From assembly GCA_045837725.1 (NCBI GenBank), contig JBEWZL010000272.1:124001-188000 (forward strand): 64,000 nucleotides of DNA, written 5' to 3'. A program made the position numbers and the translations under genes. The notes below the pieces were generated by a model. That model searched no databases and had not been told where the DNA came from. It worked only from the letters and a program-made list of their open reading frames with translations. This document shows, in pieces, positions 12,139-27,366 of the stretch (position 1 is its first letter; the number at the start of each line of letters is the position of its first letter). This DNA is from Vermamoeba vermiformis. Its lineage: Eukaryota.

Positions 12139-12762
12139 AGAGAAAACAAATAAAAAGGTTAAATAGATCAGATCACCAAGGATTGAGATCTAAAAGAATA
12201 AGGGTATGTAAGTATAGTTCAAAAGAGTCAACGCAAACGATTAGATTGAAAATTTTTCTTTTTTATTTCGATCACAAGGGTAAATGTAGGGATTATTATT
12301 TTATGCTTGAAATATTCGCATACGAACAACTTAATGTCCGAAAGGGAAGGGTATTGGTATTGTAATGGCTAGTTATTAGGGTATTATTATTGGGGTTATG
12401 GTAGGGGTTTGCGTGACTGATTCGAGTGATAAGTTAAAAAAGAAATCGAAAAAAACCAATCAGGTCCAATCAGCCAATCAAAAGTATTAAATAATCAACA
12501 TGATATCAAAAAATTATTCGACCAATCACAAAACGTTTGATGTGAATGAAAAATTGTGGATGCAGTGGGTAAAGGAAGAATCAATCAAAAAAACTGTAGT
12601 ACTACGTCTCGTATAACGTACGTCTCCTTCAATTGCTTGCTTAAAAGCTTATTGTCGAAGACGTAGCCGAGAAGTAGACCGTGAGCAGATTCGTTGATCC
12701 TTGGGCAGTTGGGTTGAGGGCACTCTATATACGGCAGTGTTGAGGGGAGTAGGATTATATTT

Positions 12763-15700
12763 TTACATTTGGTTGATGAGCTATGAAAAGAGTCAGTTAG
12801 ACGAGTTCAAAAGTGAAAATTAAACGAGAGTCAAGTATGAAAGTGACGTACTTCGCGGGCCCAGACGGCAAGTTCTCGTGTTTGAGCTTGTTGTGAACCA
12901 GCAGCAGTTTTCAGGACGTAAGTAACTTGGTCAGAAGTCAACAAAGGCTTAATCTTCTTGCCGAGACCTTGAGCCAAATCACTGCAGATCCGCCAGTTAG
13001 TAATCACGTAGTGGGAGTATACAATAGGCGTAATATAACGTAATAACGCAAATAATAGTACTCACCCGATGAGACCGACGGCGCCTTGAGTAACTTCACG
13101 GGTTCGCATGCTGTCTTGCCAAACGATGGAGATCAACTTGATGATGCCCGGAACGAATTCGGCCATCAAACCGACCTTGTCGCTCTCGCGCAGACCTTGG
13201 ATAATACCAGTGTAGGCCTCGAAGATACCTTCACGCAGACCGTTGATGTAGTGGATCAAGTCATCGTCTTCGCATTGGTCCAATCGCTCGCTCATAGCAA
13301 TTTCACTAGCGCGTTGCAACATGGTAAGAACAGGGCCCAAGTACTTGTCGAAGAGGCCACCCAAAGCGTTGGCAAGTTCACCAAAGGTTGAGAGAATGGT
13401 TTGTCGGACCATGCGTTCCAAAGAGGGGTTGACAATGGCTTCCAACATCAAGTGCACCATCATGTCAGTGAACTCGAAGATCTTAGGGCCAATAGCACGA
13501 GCAATATCACCGACGACACCGACGGCAGCATCGCAAACCTAAAGTGCACAAGTTAGAAAATTAAATCGGAAGTGAGTTCAATGGCGGTCAAACGTACTCT
13601 GTAATCTTGAATGTTACGCAAAGCAACGTTCAAAACTTGAGAAACAGCGCTCATGTAGTTGTAGAAGTCAGGACCGAGGGCTAATAAAAGGAGGTAAGCA
13701 AACGGACCCATGCGAATACTTTTTGACTCGATCAGATCTTACCAGTAGCCATAGCACCAACGCCCAAAATAGCTTCTTCGGACAGTTGTTCATTAATACC
13801 GCCCTTAGGATTGGCAAAGACGCGCATGTAAGCGGTCATAATATTGTTGGCAAAAGGAGCAATCTTGTGTTCGAACTTTTGAGTGATGACCATCAATGTG
13901 CTGCACAAGAGACCCTTGACTTCGTTTTGAGCAGCTTGTTCGTTTTGATCTTGAGCAGTTTGCAAAGTAGCTTCCAATTGTTGCAAGAACATAGGAATAA
14001 ATTGCTCAATGTTGGGATAGTTCTTCTCGCTAGCAGCGGTGATGATTGAGTTGACTGTCTCGTAGACTGACAAGCGCAAATTGATGTCACCAACGTTATC
14101 GGCCTTGTTGGCGGTAGTCAAGAGAGCGTTGATGAAGTTTGTGAAGTAAGGAGTGAAGGGGCTGTTGTCAGGATCCTCTTCGAAAGCGGTAGCAAGCTTC
14201 AAAATACCCTGCAGGAACGTCCATTAGTAAGCTAAAAAAGAAGCTGCTAGCAATGCGCAATACTTACGAAGCAAACGTGCTTAACGACGCGAGGGTCGTC
14301 GTTGAGGGCCTCACCCAAAGCCTTGACGAGGGCGTCCATGTGTGAACCAATGCATTGGTGGTGCATGTGGCAAATACGAGCTAAACAATAGCGTAAGAAC
14401 ATGTAATAAAACAGTAGATCCGGATCGACTTACACAAAGTCCAGGCAGTGGTGTCACGGACTTCAAGGCTGGCGTCCTTGAGAGTGATAAGCATGAAAGG
14501 AATAGTGTTGGGAATGACAGTGCGGATGTAAGTCATAGGACCCTCCATGATAGAACCGAAGGCGAAGAGAGCGGCTTCCTTGAACTTCCAGTCGTTGCTG
14601 TGAATGTTGTTTTGAATGAAAGGCATGACGTGAGGAACGATCTCGTCTTCGACAGTGTTAGCGCACAAGTTCAAGCAAGAACCAGCAGCCATAGCCAAGT
14701 TCCAGTCTTCAGGATCAGCGTCGTCCTCTTGTTTAGTCATGGCTTCAGTCAAGACGGGCACGAGGAACTTGACAGCGGCCTTAATGTAGCCCTTGCACTC
14801 GCGAGGAGGAGGCATGTTGTATGAGGCGTGCTCGGCAATTTCTTCCATAATAAGCATTTCTTCGTCACAAAGTGTGCTCCAGAACTCAACGGCTTGTTGG
14901 GCAACGTCTTCTTTGTCAGTCTTAATAGTGTTCAAAGTCATCTGCGTGCAACAATTAGAAGACCAGTCTACGAGCTAGTTCACATCAATGATACTTACGT
15001 TGAAGATGCGGACCATGTAGTCGGGCAAGAACTCGTAGTAGCGCGTAGCAATACGAACTAAAATTTCATAAGCAGCAATGCGAACTCTGTCATCAGGGAA
15101 GACACAGCAGTCAAGAACGACGTTCATAATGTGATCGCGCTTAGCTTGGTTGCCAAAGTGACGCTTGACAAAGCCCAAGCCGTAGAACAAGGCACTGCAA
15201 GCAGCCAACTTGACGTTTCTGTCCTTCTCTTCAGGGATCATACCGTGAACAACAGCAGCCAAAATATTGTCAGCGACGTTGTCTGCCAAGCTGTTCGCGC
15301 CCTTATATAAAATAAATCAATAATTGAACGAAAAGCCACGTGTCACAGGGACCCATCCGGATGCCCATCCAAAAAAATTCTCAAAAATTAACGGCGTTAA
15401 AAATACGTACCACCATGTGTTCGCTGATATCTCCGAGAGCCAATACTGTGGACTGTCTAATATGAGGATTTTCATTGCGCATATTGCTCAACAAAGCTTC
15501 AATAAGACCGGGCCACATGTTCTTGGGCAACTCAATAATGGCGACTTTAGAGACAACCTAATAATGCCATTGTTAGGTTGAATTTCGGTTCATGAAAAAC
15601 ATTAGCAAATCTGCTATTTAAAAAAGCGCGCCAAAATGAATTACGGCGATTCCTGTGTTGGGAGAGTATTAAAAATAGAGTACTTTACCTGAGCAGCGAA

Positions 15701-16508
15701 GGTACGAACTTGCTCCACGGGAGAAGCCAATGTGTTGAAGGCCTACAAAGAAAAAAGTTAGATTTTGCTGCACACTACCACGTAGACGCTCAGAACGCGT
15801 CCAAAAAAATATAGTCAATAGCTCTTTCGATGATATTGATAATATTCGAATAATAGGCACGAGATCTTGATGCTTTCAAAAAAAAATTAATTCGTAAAAT
15901 ATAATTTTACTCACAATTTGCTTAATGTTCATTCTAGTTTCTTGGTCAAGAGCCAACCATTTGTTGTGTAAATCTTTTTTGCGCTCAAGGTCCTAACAAA
16001 TAAAAGAAAATTAGAGAATAGATCAGATTGCCCACAAAGCTTCGCAAACTACGAGCACTAAAATTAATAGGCTACTAATTTTATTCAACCTACCTTTGCA
16101 TCAAGTGTGTTCTTTAAAAGAATGCCGGCAAGCACTCGAGACTCTCCTTGCTTTTGCTCATTCGCAAGCTCATAGCACAGAGCGAGAAGGAAAAGGGCCT
16201 AATATAAATATTAGCTATTATTATCGGTACACTACAATTTAAATAATTTAAAACGATTAATTATACAAGCCAAAGTCAATACAAGGAATATTTCAAATCT
16301 AGGATTAACTGAGTCCATTTCGTACCATGTTGTCATCACCCCATTTCTTCAATTGAGCCGTTGCAGGGTCACGAACATTGGCCACTAAGAGATATTATTA
16401 GTTGAAATTGTCAAAAAAGAAAGAGATTTGCAACTTACAGTGAGATTGGGCTGCCAACAAAGTGTTGGTCAGGTTATTTTTCAAGTCTTCGATCAACTGT
16501 TGAGACAT
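12763..16508 (-). CDS. KPNB1: Importin subunit beta-1 (karyopherin beta)
   Basis: SRVLAGILLKNTL, VAQQAVEFWSTLCDEE, EDWNLAMAAGSCL, DWKFKEAALFAFGSIMEGP, VRDTTAWTL, LREGIFEAYTGIIQGL. Many GT-AG introns. Confidence 0.96.
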
Positions 16509-16814
16509 GTTCGTAAGCTTCGAATGCTGCCTTCGCTAAAATACTGTTTGAATAAGCCCGAGTGTATTTTAGATTTGGGCGGGACGAAAAAAACTCCATA
16601 AACATTCTGCGCAACATTTTGACCCAAAATCAATTATTCGCCTGGCTGCGCTCGGAACCAATAGTAAACCGAATAACAAAGAAATTTGAAGTTAAGCAGT
16701 CAAGTTAAGCTGTTCACGAAATTTAAAGAACTCTTCTGACGGAAAAGTTCACCAGATCGATAACGCTAACTTTACAACAAGAAATTACATTTTAATACAC
16801 GACTACGCTCGAAT

Positions 16815-19142
16815 TTACTTCTTCCTCGGTGTCTTCTTCACACTGCCATTGCTGCCTCCCTCTAAGGTTGTGATATTCTTCAAGGGTATCTGCGGTAGCT
16901 TCGCAAGAAAAGCACTGACCGCTTCGAGATCTCCTGACTTGTCGCCCATTTTCCTTAACTGCCGCTCGAGGCTCTATCACGAAACGGTTATACAACGTTA
17001 AAGGCATGTAATATAACGTACTTCTGTTAACAGTTGCATTTTAGGAATGCATTGTAGCGTAAACGATAGCAGATCACTGAGCGTCTCGGTGCTGGCAAGT
17101 CGCATCCTAATTCCTTCGACCGCCGCTACAAACTTGGCTTTAGATTGCATCTTTTTCAAAATTGCCATGGCTTGCGGGAAGTTGACAGCGAAGGCGACGT
17201 AAAGTGGAATACAGCCCTCCTACAGTTGGAAAATTGGTACCGATTCACAGACAAGACGCACAAACACGTTCACTTACCAGTAAGAAGAATAAGCTTTTGA
17301 GGCCCGTTGTGCTCAATTCACTAACCTTCGCATTCAATTTGTTCAAAAACGTGAAGTTGAGCTGATGAATGGCTTCAACGCCGAAGAACAACGTGTTGAA
17401 TTTCTTCGACGAGATCAATTTTTGCTTGTCACCTTTTAACTCCATCATATATACCTACGATTGTCAGTATCGTAGACGGAGTGCACTATTATATACGTAC
17501 ATTCTTCAAGTTTGACAACACCGTGACTAGGTTAGCAATGAGTGCTTGGAACTTCAGTAGCGAGTCAGATAGTGATCCGTCCAGTTCTTATTGTCGTTAA
17601 TAAGGTACTCTAAGATGTGTTTAGCGATCACATACCTGCTTCTATTTCGGCCGTTTTCTTCGATTTAATTGCGACATAAATGTCAGCAGTGATGCTGGAC
17701 AGCTGTAAGTCCAAGCCAATGGGTTCTTTGTTCAAGTATGACACCGTCAGTGTATCTAAGGTGCAGTTCGGCAGTCTTGTTCTGATAATCTTGTTCAACA
17801 AATCGCGCACCGTTGTGTTGGGCTCAACTCGCAGCACTTGTGACTGATCGTACGGTAAATGCACTTTCAGAATTTGACGAGGTGTCGCAAGCACGTCTTT
17901 TGAAAGTTTTTCGGTTGAAAAGTTCAAATCTACATTTCGTTAGTAACGGGAACACTACGCTGTGCTGCGCTTACTTGGAATCTTCTCATTGGCTGGGTTC
18001 TTATGTCGCGATGGAGTTACAGCCATTGTAGCCTTACGGACGTTTTCCAGGTTATGCTGAGTCTCGAATAGTGTCGGCTCTTTTTTAAACAAGTTGATAT
18101 ACATAGTGTGGCGTTTGTTCTGTGTGGCATTATCGTTTTTCAGGTGCGCCAAGTGAGCAGGAACATCGTCTTCGCTAGTAAAGAACTCGTCATCATCTTT
18201 TTTTCGTTCGGCCGACGGCGGTAGCGTAGCAGTAACATCTTCCTGCATTTTGATTGGTGACGGCACTTCAACACTGGTTGGAGCACTGTCGGTAAGCTCA
18301 TCGAGGGACTGGCTTGGAGGCTCGAGGGATTCAAAAGAAGTGATTATGGAGTCGAAAATTTGGTCAGAAGTTTGAGCCCCCGACGAGCCTAGTGATAATT
18401 GATCGATTTCGCTCTCAACTTTTGCCAAGTACTCGTCCACTTGTTCGACTTTTTTCTCAGCTTCGTCGTACCGCTGTAAGTTCTCAATGGCGTCTTCTTT
18501 AGACATATTCGCTACTGATTTTCGAATGAACCCGACGTCCGTTGGAGTCGACGGCAGCTGCTTCACGTAGCGTGTGGTTGCTTCAGTTCGTGGGCTGATT
18601 GGTACGGGCTTTGTTATTTTAGGTTGGATCAGGACACCGCTTCCTCTCCTATCTCCGCTACTCTTCAATATCCTTTGAAATGCTTTAACATTTGATAAAG
18701 GGCTTGACTGCAACGAGGGCTTTTCCATTGATGATTCGGAGGTCTCGTGCAATGGATCGGCGCTCAATGGTGATTCGGTATTTTCAGGAGTTGACGTTTG
18801 CTCGGTATTTACATTAGAAAAATGTTCATAATAATCCACGTTGGTCGAGGGAGATCCTAATTATTTTAATTTTAAAAAAATGAGATCTAGCTAAAATTAA
18901 TTTTATTACTTACCACCAAGTACTGTGGGTCCATTATCTTGACTTTCTAAAAATATATGACGAGGTTAAAATAATTTGCAATATTAGTTTGGAAGGTGTG
19001 GTTGGTCTTCGGCGGTACATTTTCGCGATCAACCGAAAAATCTGCATTGCTGCTTACCTGGATAATAAGAATATGACGCTGATGAAAATGATTTGTCCGC
19101 AAAGTCTAATTGCTCGAATACGTTGCTGTTGTCGTCTCCCAT
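16815..19142 (-). CDS. Protein with a low-complexity N-terminus, an RBD/ubiquitin-like domain and a degenerate DH (RhoGEF)-like C-terminal domain
   Basis: LKVHLPYDQSQVLRVEPNTTVRDLLNKI is RBD-like. FNTLFFGVEAIHQLNFTFLNKL, PLYVAFAVNFPQAM and LSDLLSFTLQCIPKMQLL are DH-like. Spliced from MGDDNSNVF. Confidence 0.6.
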
Positions 19143-19447
19143 CCTATAACTGCATCCAGCGCTTCCGGAAGTCCGCTTGTATGTTTTAGTTTTGCTGCCC
19201 GAAAATTTGGAGCTACGCTGTTCTGCTGTTATTGCACTCCTTCTACCTACAAATAAGAAATCAATATTCTGTCGTCCAAATTTAGCTCCACAAGCGCCAA
19301 AAAAATTGCAATTACCAGCCAATCGTAGTGTAACAACGCTCGCGCGATAACAATTTATTGTTAGTGATAAATACAAAAACTCGCTCGACTTTGTTTCATT
19401 AAGTATTACGTGGATATATGTAACAAAAAAATTAACCGACAGATCAC

Positions 19448-21759
<2,312 letters not shown>

Positions 21760-22039
21760 CGTCTTAAGTCAACACCAACGTATGTTGAAGTAATCTCGTG
21801 TATGAACAACGGCTTGCTTCAAACAAATTGAGTAACGGTGCAAAATCGTGCGAAGTCGCCTGACTACCACGTGATTCCATCGCCGTTCACTGAACTCGGC
21901 CCGCGCAATCATGAAAATAAGACAAAGGAAATCTACCGCTCCGGGCCGTAAAGACGAGAGAACAGAAGCGAGTTCATTGAATAATATGAGCAATGTATTT
22001 ATAAACAAGTGCTAAGACTATGAACAGAAAATTAACAGT

Positions 22040-23346
22040 TTAGTGCTCGTTGTTGAATTGAGCTTGCAATTGGCGAGCGTACTCCTCGTCAGACATGGGC
22101 TGGAAGGCAACATGTTGAGGCACCATAGGAGCTTGAACGGGCATCATATAAGGATAAGCACCGTAGCTAAGATCCAAGGTCAGAAAAATTTTTGATCAAC
22201 GATGCGTTTTTGTCATAAGACTTACGGGGCTTGGTTGACGGCAGGAGCCTGAGGATAAGGAGCATAGTAGTAGATAGGTTGAGGTTGAGCTTGAGGAACA
22301 ACGGTGGCTTGCTCAGGTTGAGTCTCGGCGTGCTTGGTCAAAGCTTCGAGGGCTGCGAAAGAATAATTGTTAGCTAATGTACTTTCAACTCGAATATCCC
22401 ATTTTATCATGCTAATAATTAAAAGCGTCGGGTATAACGATAAAAAAAGCTTAAAAATGTTCAGTGAATTAATACAGCGTCGCACAAGGTTGTTCGTGTA
22501 CCACTTACATTCAAGATCGCACTCGTTGTTGACAGCACATCTTCTGCGACGAGCAAGGGCAGCGCAGCAGCACATGCACAAAGAAAAGCAAACGGCAGTA
22601 AAGATGGTGAAGCTAAGCACGAAGACAGCCAATCTCATGCGACCTACAACGTGGTGGTTAGTTGTCGGGCACGAAAATTCGAAAATATCTTACCAACAGA
22701 GTGGTGGCCAGTGGAGATGGTGGTGGTAGCATTGTGTCTATCGTTGGGGCAAGGAGCAAATTCACCTGCGGAAATACGGATTAAATTCGAAATTAGACGG
22801 ATTAATTTTCCTTCAAATCCGGATTGCTTCTCCACGAGCTTCTATAATATTCTCTATCGTTTTTGCTTACACTTGGGACCAGTGCGGCCAACATAGGAGC
22901 CGTCAGGGCACATCTTGGCCTCTTGGGTGCAATAAACAGGCTCCAGGTGGTAAATCACCTTCACGCCTCTGTATGATTGAGGGAAAGTAAGGGCAGCGGG
23001 AGGCTGTTGCCACAAAGTAACGAAAATAACAAATTCACCATTTTCTTCTTGAACAGTAGAGGCAGTAATGTAATTTGAGTAGGGATGTTGCGAGGTGTAA
23101 TGACGGTCAAAAGCTCTCTTAGCGCTTTCAACCTTCTCGCGGGTGAGAGGACCGGCCAAAGCTAATTTTAAAATTATTATTAGTAAATACTGTGCAAATC
23201 AGATTCCGTTTCTGAATTATTACATAAAAATGACGCATCGAATTTCATACTCCGCGTAAAGATTACAAATGCTTTATTAAGTGCAGCGTCTTATTATACT
23301 TACCGAGGACTACAAGGCCCAAGAAAACTAATAAACTGGCTCTCAT
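22040..23346 (-). CDS. Small type-I membrane protein with a CTQEAKMCPDGSYVGRTGPKCEFAPCP module and a Pro/Tyr/Gln-rich tail
   Basis: Signal peptide MRASLLVFLGLVVL. The Cys module is split by intron 22766-22870. TM helix LAVFVLSFTIFTAVCFSLCMCC is followed by RRRR and a PQPIYYYAPYP tail. Confidence 0.75.
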
Positions 23347-23806
23347 TGTTAACGAGCTGTGGTGAACAAAATCGATCTGGTAAAATTTGGTTTGCTTTCC
23401 CTGCTCCTCCTATCTACGAGAACAACACGTGACACGACTCCTTACGGACGAAAGGAAATAAATATGATCCTGTATGCGTTACTCGGCGATCCCCAAGGCT
23501 GCCGGCTTTGTTTAAATTTTGATACTCTTAATTATGGCAATATGAATTTGCTAGAGGGTTATTATATAAAATATTGAACAGGTATGTACCAGGCCACACG
23601 CCGTTGACTGGTCCATTTTTTGGTTTGTTATTGGGGGGGGGGGGGTGTTTTTTTTTTGAGGACCGACGAGGGGCGGTCTGTATGATTTTAGGACAGACAG
23701 AAATTTGTTGTCTTTTTTTAATTTGAATTACGGTAAAGCGCCTACCCAAGCAACAATGAACAACCGTACAAGAATGTGTAAGTTGTAGCCTCGAATTAAA
23801 TGACTA

Positions 23807-26800
23807 ATGCGCGCAGCAAAGAAAAGAAAGCGCGATGACCTTTCGGAAGAGGACGTCGATCGGAGAAAAAAGAAGCAGCTCGTTGGTAGGAATAAAATAG
23901 ATTTATTAGCAGGTAGTCTTATTGCATGATACACGCAAGAAAAGTTGCTTTGTTTAAAATTTAATTGACATCTGCAAATCCAAAACTTTGACGACGAGCT
24001 AACAATTATCATCTGCGACAGTGCTATAATTTTATCTTCATAACATAGCTAATTAAACGGCACTCACAAAATTTCAGAAGAGGAAGACTTCAAAACCTTC
24101 GATACGGAGCAAATCTACCAGTGGGCGCGAAATAATGACGTCGCGCACACATCAGCTGTATTCATACAACGATACACGGCCACGGAGTTGCTTTCTATGA
24201 CTGAAGAGGATGTCAGAAAGCTGCCTGAAAGTTCAAAGAAAAAAGTTTCCGTCCGCGCTGCGGAGTCGCTTTGGAAAGCCTTGTCGAAGGTCAATAAGTA
24301 CACAAATCCTAAGACAACGCTGGGTACAAGCAACGGAGGGACTAAAGTTAGTAAGAGCCCGAAGACAAATGCAAAGGAGGGTGGGATCCCGAGCCACGCT
24401 AATCCGAGTACGAAACTGGATCACGCTCCAACGGTCAGCGAAGACGAGATCGACTTAGAGACCCGAGAAGGCGTGCTGAGTTGGCTGCGGCTCGTTGTTA
24501 AAGACAAGCCCAAGACACCAGCTGTCACAGACGTAAGTAGTGAATAGCATCATTTACTGTTAACTCTTATGACGCGAGATTATAAGTTCGAGTGAATCTA
24601 CTTCCATAACGGGAGATTAAATTGAGATCATCCAAGTTCCTGAACCGTTTTTGATAGATTTTGAGCACGATTGGTGCAAAATTTCCGCATTGTACTCCGA
24701 AAGAAACAAAGCGAAGTTTGTATCAAGCTGCCGTTCGTTCCCACGTGGCAATTAATTTCAACAAGGAAATGATGGAAATTCCATTCATAAACGGTTCTCC
24801 TGGCATCGGCAAAACGAGAATGGCGTTAGAATCTTTGAACATTTTACAAGTACGGTATCAGCTAACGTTTCTGCTTTCTTATTTTTTGTTCTAGGAATGC
24901 GCAAGCGAGTCAAAAGATCCGCGTGATCAGTCACTGAAGCAATTGTTAATGAGCAATGGCTGCATCATGAGTTACATCAGCTTCGGAAGTGAATTTTCAT
25001 TAAGTTCGTGCAATTCATTCGTGGTAGACTTTTAACGATTGCACAGCTCCACAAGATCAAGTATTTTGGGAATCCGCCGATTGCAGTGGTCTGCTTGCTA
25101 TTCGAGTGTTATGGAAGTATTATTTACAGGCCAAGTACCCTAAATTAGAATACCTGAAAGTTACCAAAGCAATGGCCCAATATCTCACGGTAATGACTTC
25201 CTCGTTTATCGCGGGCAATGGGTCAATCCATTGCTAAATTATATTTTAGCTCGGGGCACTGATAGATCGATTGCGAGAGGTGGGAGTGACGTACTATGTG
25301 CTGGCTATCGATGAAATGAATATGTTGCATGACATCAGCACGGACCGATTCCGTCAAGTTGTTGCTTCTATTAGTAATGCCATGCTTAAGGATTTCAAAA
25401 ACTTTTTTGTTTTATTTGCTGGTAAGCGAACTTTTAATGGTTTAGCTATTCTTCGGTCGTTAATGCTTATTTAAAGGCGCCATTCACACGCCCCTGAAGA
25501 CAATAATTACAAAATATCTGGGCATTCCTGTTAGCATTTGTCCATCGCTGTTTACTCTCGCTGATGTTTACCGAATCCTAACTGGTAAGTGACGTGCTTG
25601 TTAGTTAAACGTGCTAAGTTTATCAGCTTTGGCAGAGCAATTCGAATATTTAAAGGATTGGCAGCTTGCAGGAACTTTTAGACGATGTATTGCCGACTTA
25701 TCCAATCCACCGCGTGTGTTTGATTACTTCATGATGGAGATAGACAGCGAAATAACACACAACACAAGCCGAAACGTCTTTACGCTCGATTATACTCTCA
25801 TAATGAAAAATGTCCTGGCAAAGGCCAACAATAAGCGACCCAGCGGATTGGATCCAGTCGATGCTAAGGAAATGATTAATCTCAGCTTGATGAAGAAGCC
25901 GGTATCGATTGATTACCGACTCGCAAGTGGCAAGTCGCTTGAAGAATACTCGCAAAATGGATACGTCTTCTTTTCGAACGTTGGTGTCAAATCAGAAATG
26001 CACGTTGCAGTGCCTTATTTTTATCTTTACCACTGGTTGAAATCAAGTGAGACAGTCTTTGCCACCGCAGAGTCGCTGTTTCAATTCTCCTGGAACGATC
26101 CGACGGAAATTGGACCAGCGGCATTCGAGAGATTCAATGTTAAATTTACTTCATTCAAACTCACATTACTCGCGGACGGTAAGAAAGCGGTCCCATTTGG
26201 TATGTACTTATAACCTCTCTTTGTGCATTTTAACTAACGTGGAAGCAGATAAATTTCACTCCGGCGCGATGTTAGGTGAAGATTGCAGTAAATACGATAT
26301 AACTCCGCGAGTCACCGTGCCCGCTGCTGTGCTTAATCAGGTAACTCTCTTGTGATTGGCTGAGCGATTCTCACCTCTTTTGTTAGTTTCCGGCTTGTTT
26401 TAAAACAGGCACGATGGAGACCGATTTATTAACCGACCTCCAACCGAGTTCATCCCGACCCAAATCTTATTGGACCTCTGTCTGTAAAAATGCAATGAAC
26501 ACGACCGGCATCGATGCGTTTTATTGGCTTTCGGAGAAAGTGATCGAATTTCAACGGTACAAGGCAAACGAACTTGATTCGATAAATCCAACAAATCTAA
26601 CGCAAGAGGACCTCGACGATGAATATAACAAGGCGAAGAGGCTCTTCGATCAGTATTTGGCCCCATTGAACTATCAATTTGTCTTCGGACTCATCTCGAA
26701 CCGAGCTCTCGCTGGCAATGTTCGACTCAAACCGAACATGTACCTCGTGCATCAAGGCAACATGGAAGAGTACTACGGCCCGTCATTTGCTTCTGTGGCG

Positions 26801-27050
26801 CAAATCAAAGGTACGAATTGGCGGTTATTACGCAGAATTTGAAACTAATATTTTTCGTGCAGCCTTTCGCTCGGTGAATATCAACACTGATGACGTGTCG
26901 AGATTAATGCGCCTCGACAGTGTCTCGCAACAGAAGGCGCTTGAAATCATTGCTTTGCGGGAAGAGAAGCCGTTTCAAGATTTCGCAGATTTGCACGCAA
27001 GAGTGAAAGGCATTCGCCACAATCAAGACCATATTGTTATTGAATTTTAG
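23807..27050 (+). CDS. Crinkler/RHS-like effector: SAM-like header, P-loop NTPase, PD-(D/E)xK-like nuclease and ComEA-type HhH
   Basis: Basic NLS-like start KKRKR. SAM-like FDTEQIYQWA...ELLSMTEEDV. Walker A GSPGIGKT, Walker B VLAIDE. GIDAF...FQRYK. C-terminal VNINTDDVSRLMRLDSVSQQKALEIIALREEKPFQDFADL. Confidence 0.75.
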
Positions 27051-27366
27051 GCATGCCGTGTGTTGAACAGTTGATGAAGAAAGAACTTATAATGACTTTT
27101 TCTGATTCGCATCCGGCGTAGAGTTTGAACTGATCGGGAACGATGGTTTATTCGTTACTTTTTTTGCATGAGTTTAAAGCATTTAATACAGTAACGCAAT
27201 TTCTTTCCGTGTCTTCGTCGGGCCGAAGACACTTTCGTTTGAGTTTTCAGTTTCAATTAATCGAACCGACAGATCGAACACAGCGGAGTATCTGAGCTTC
27301 AAAGTTTCGACATAATAATTTGAGGATATTCAAGCTATTGGAGGACGTTCGAGAGAGGCTGTTAAA

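Noticed and set aside
13086-15061. Several plus-strand ORFs of 60-160 aa
   Set aside because: Antisense shadows of the codon-biased importin-beta exons. The same applies to shadow ORFs over the lipase, P450 and ABCG genes.
23633-23657. G13 run followed by T10 in a divergent promoter
   Set aside because: Too short for a canonical intramolecular G-quadruplex, and homopolymer lengths are unreliable.
24533-24657. In-frame stops upstream of the CR-like NTPase, suggesting a pseudogene or stop reassignment
   Set aside because: They fall in a phase-0 GT-AG intron. TAA, TAG and TGA all end genes normally elsewhere in the window.
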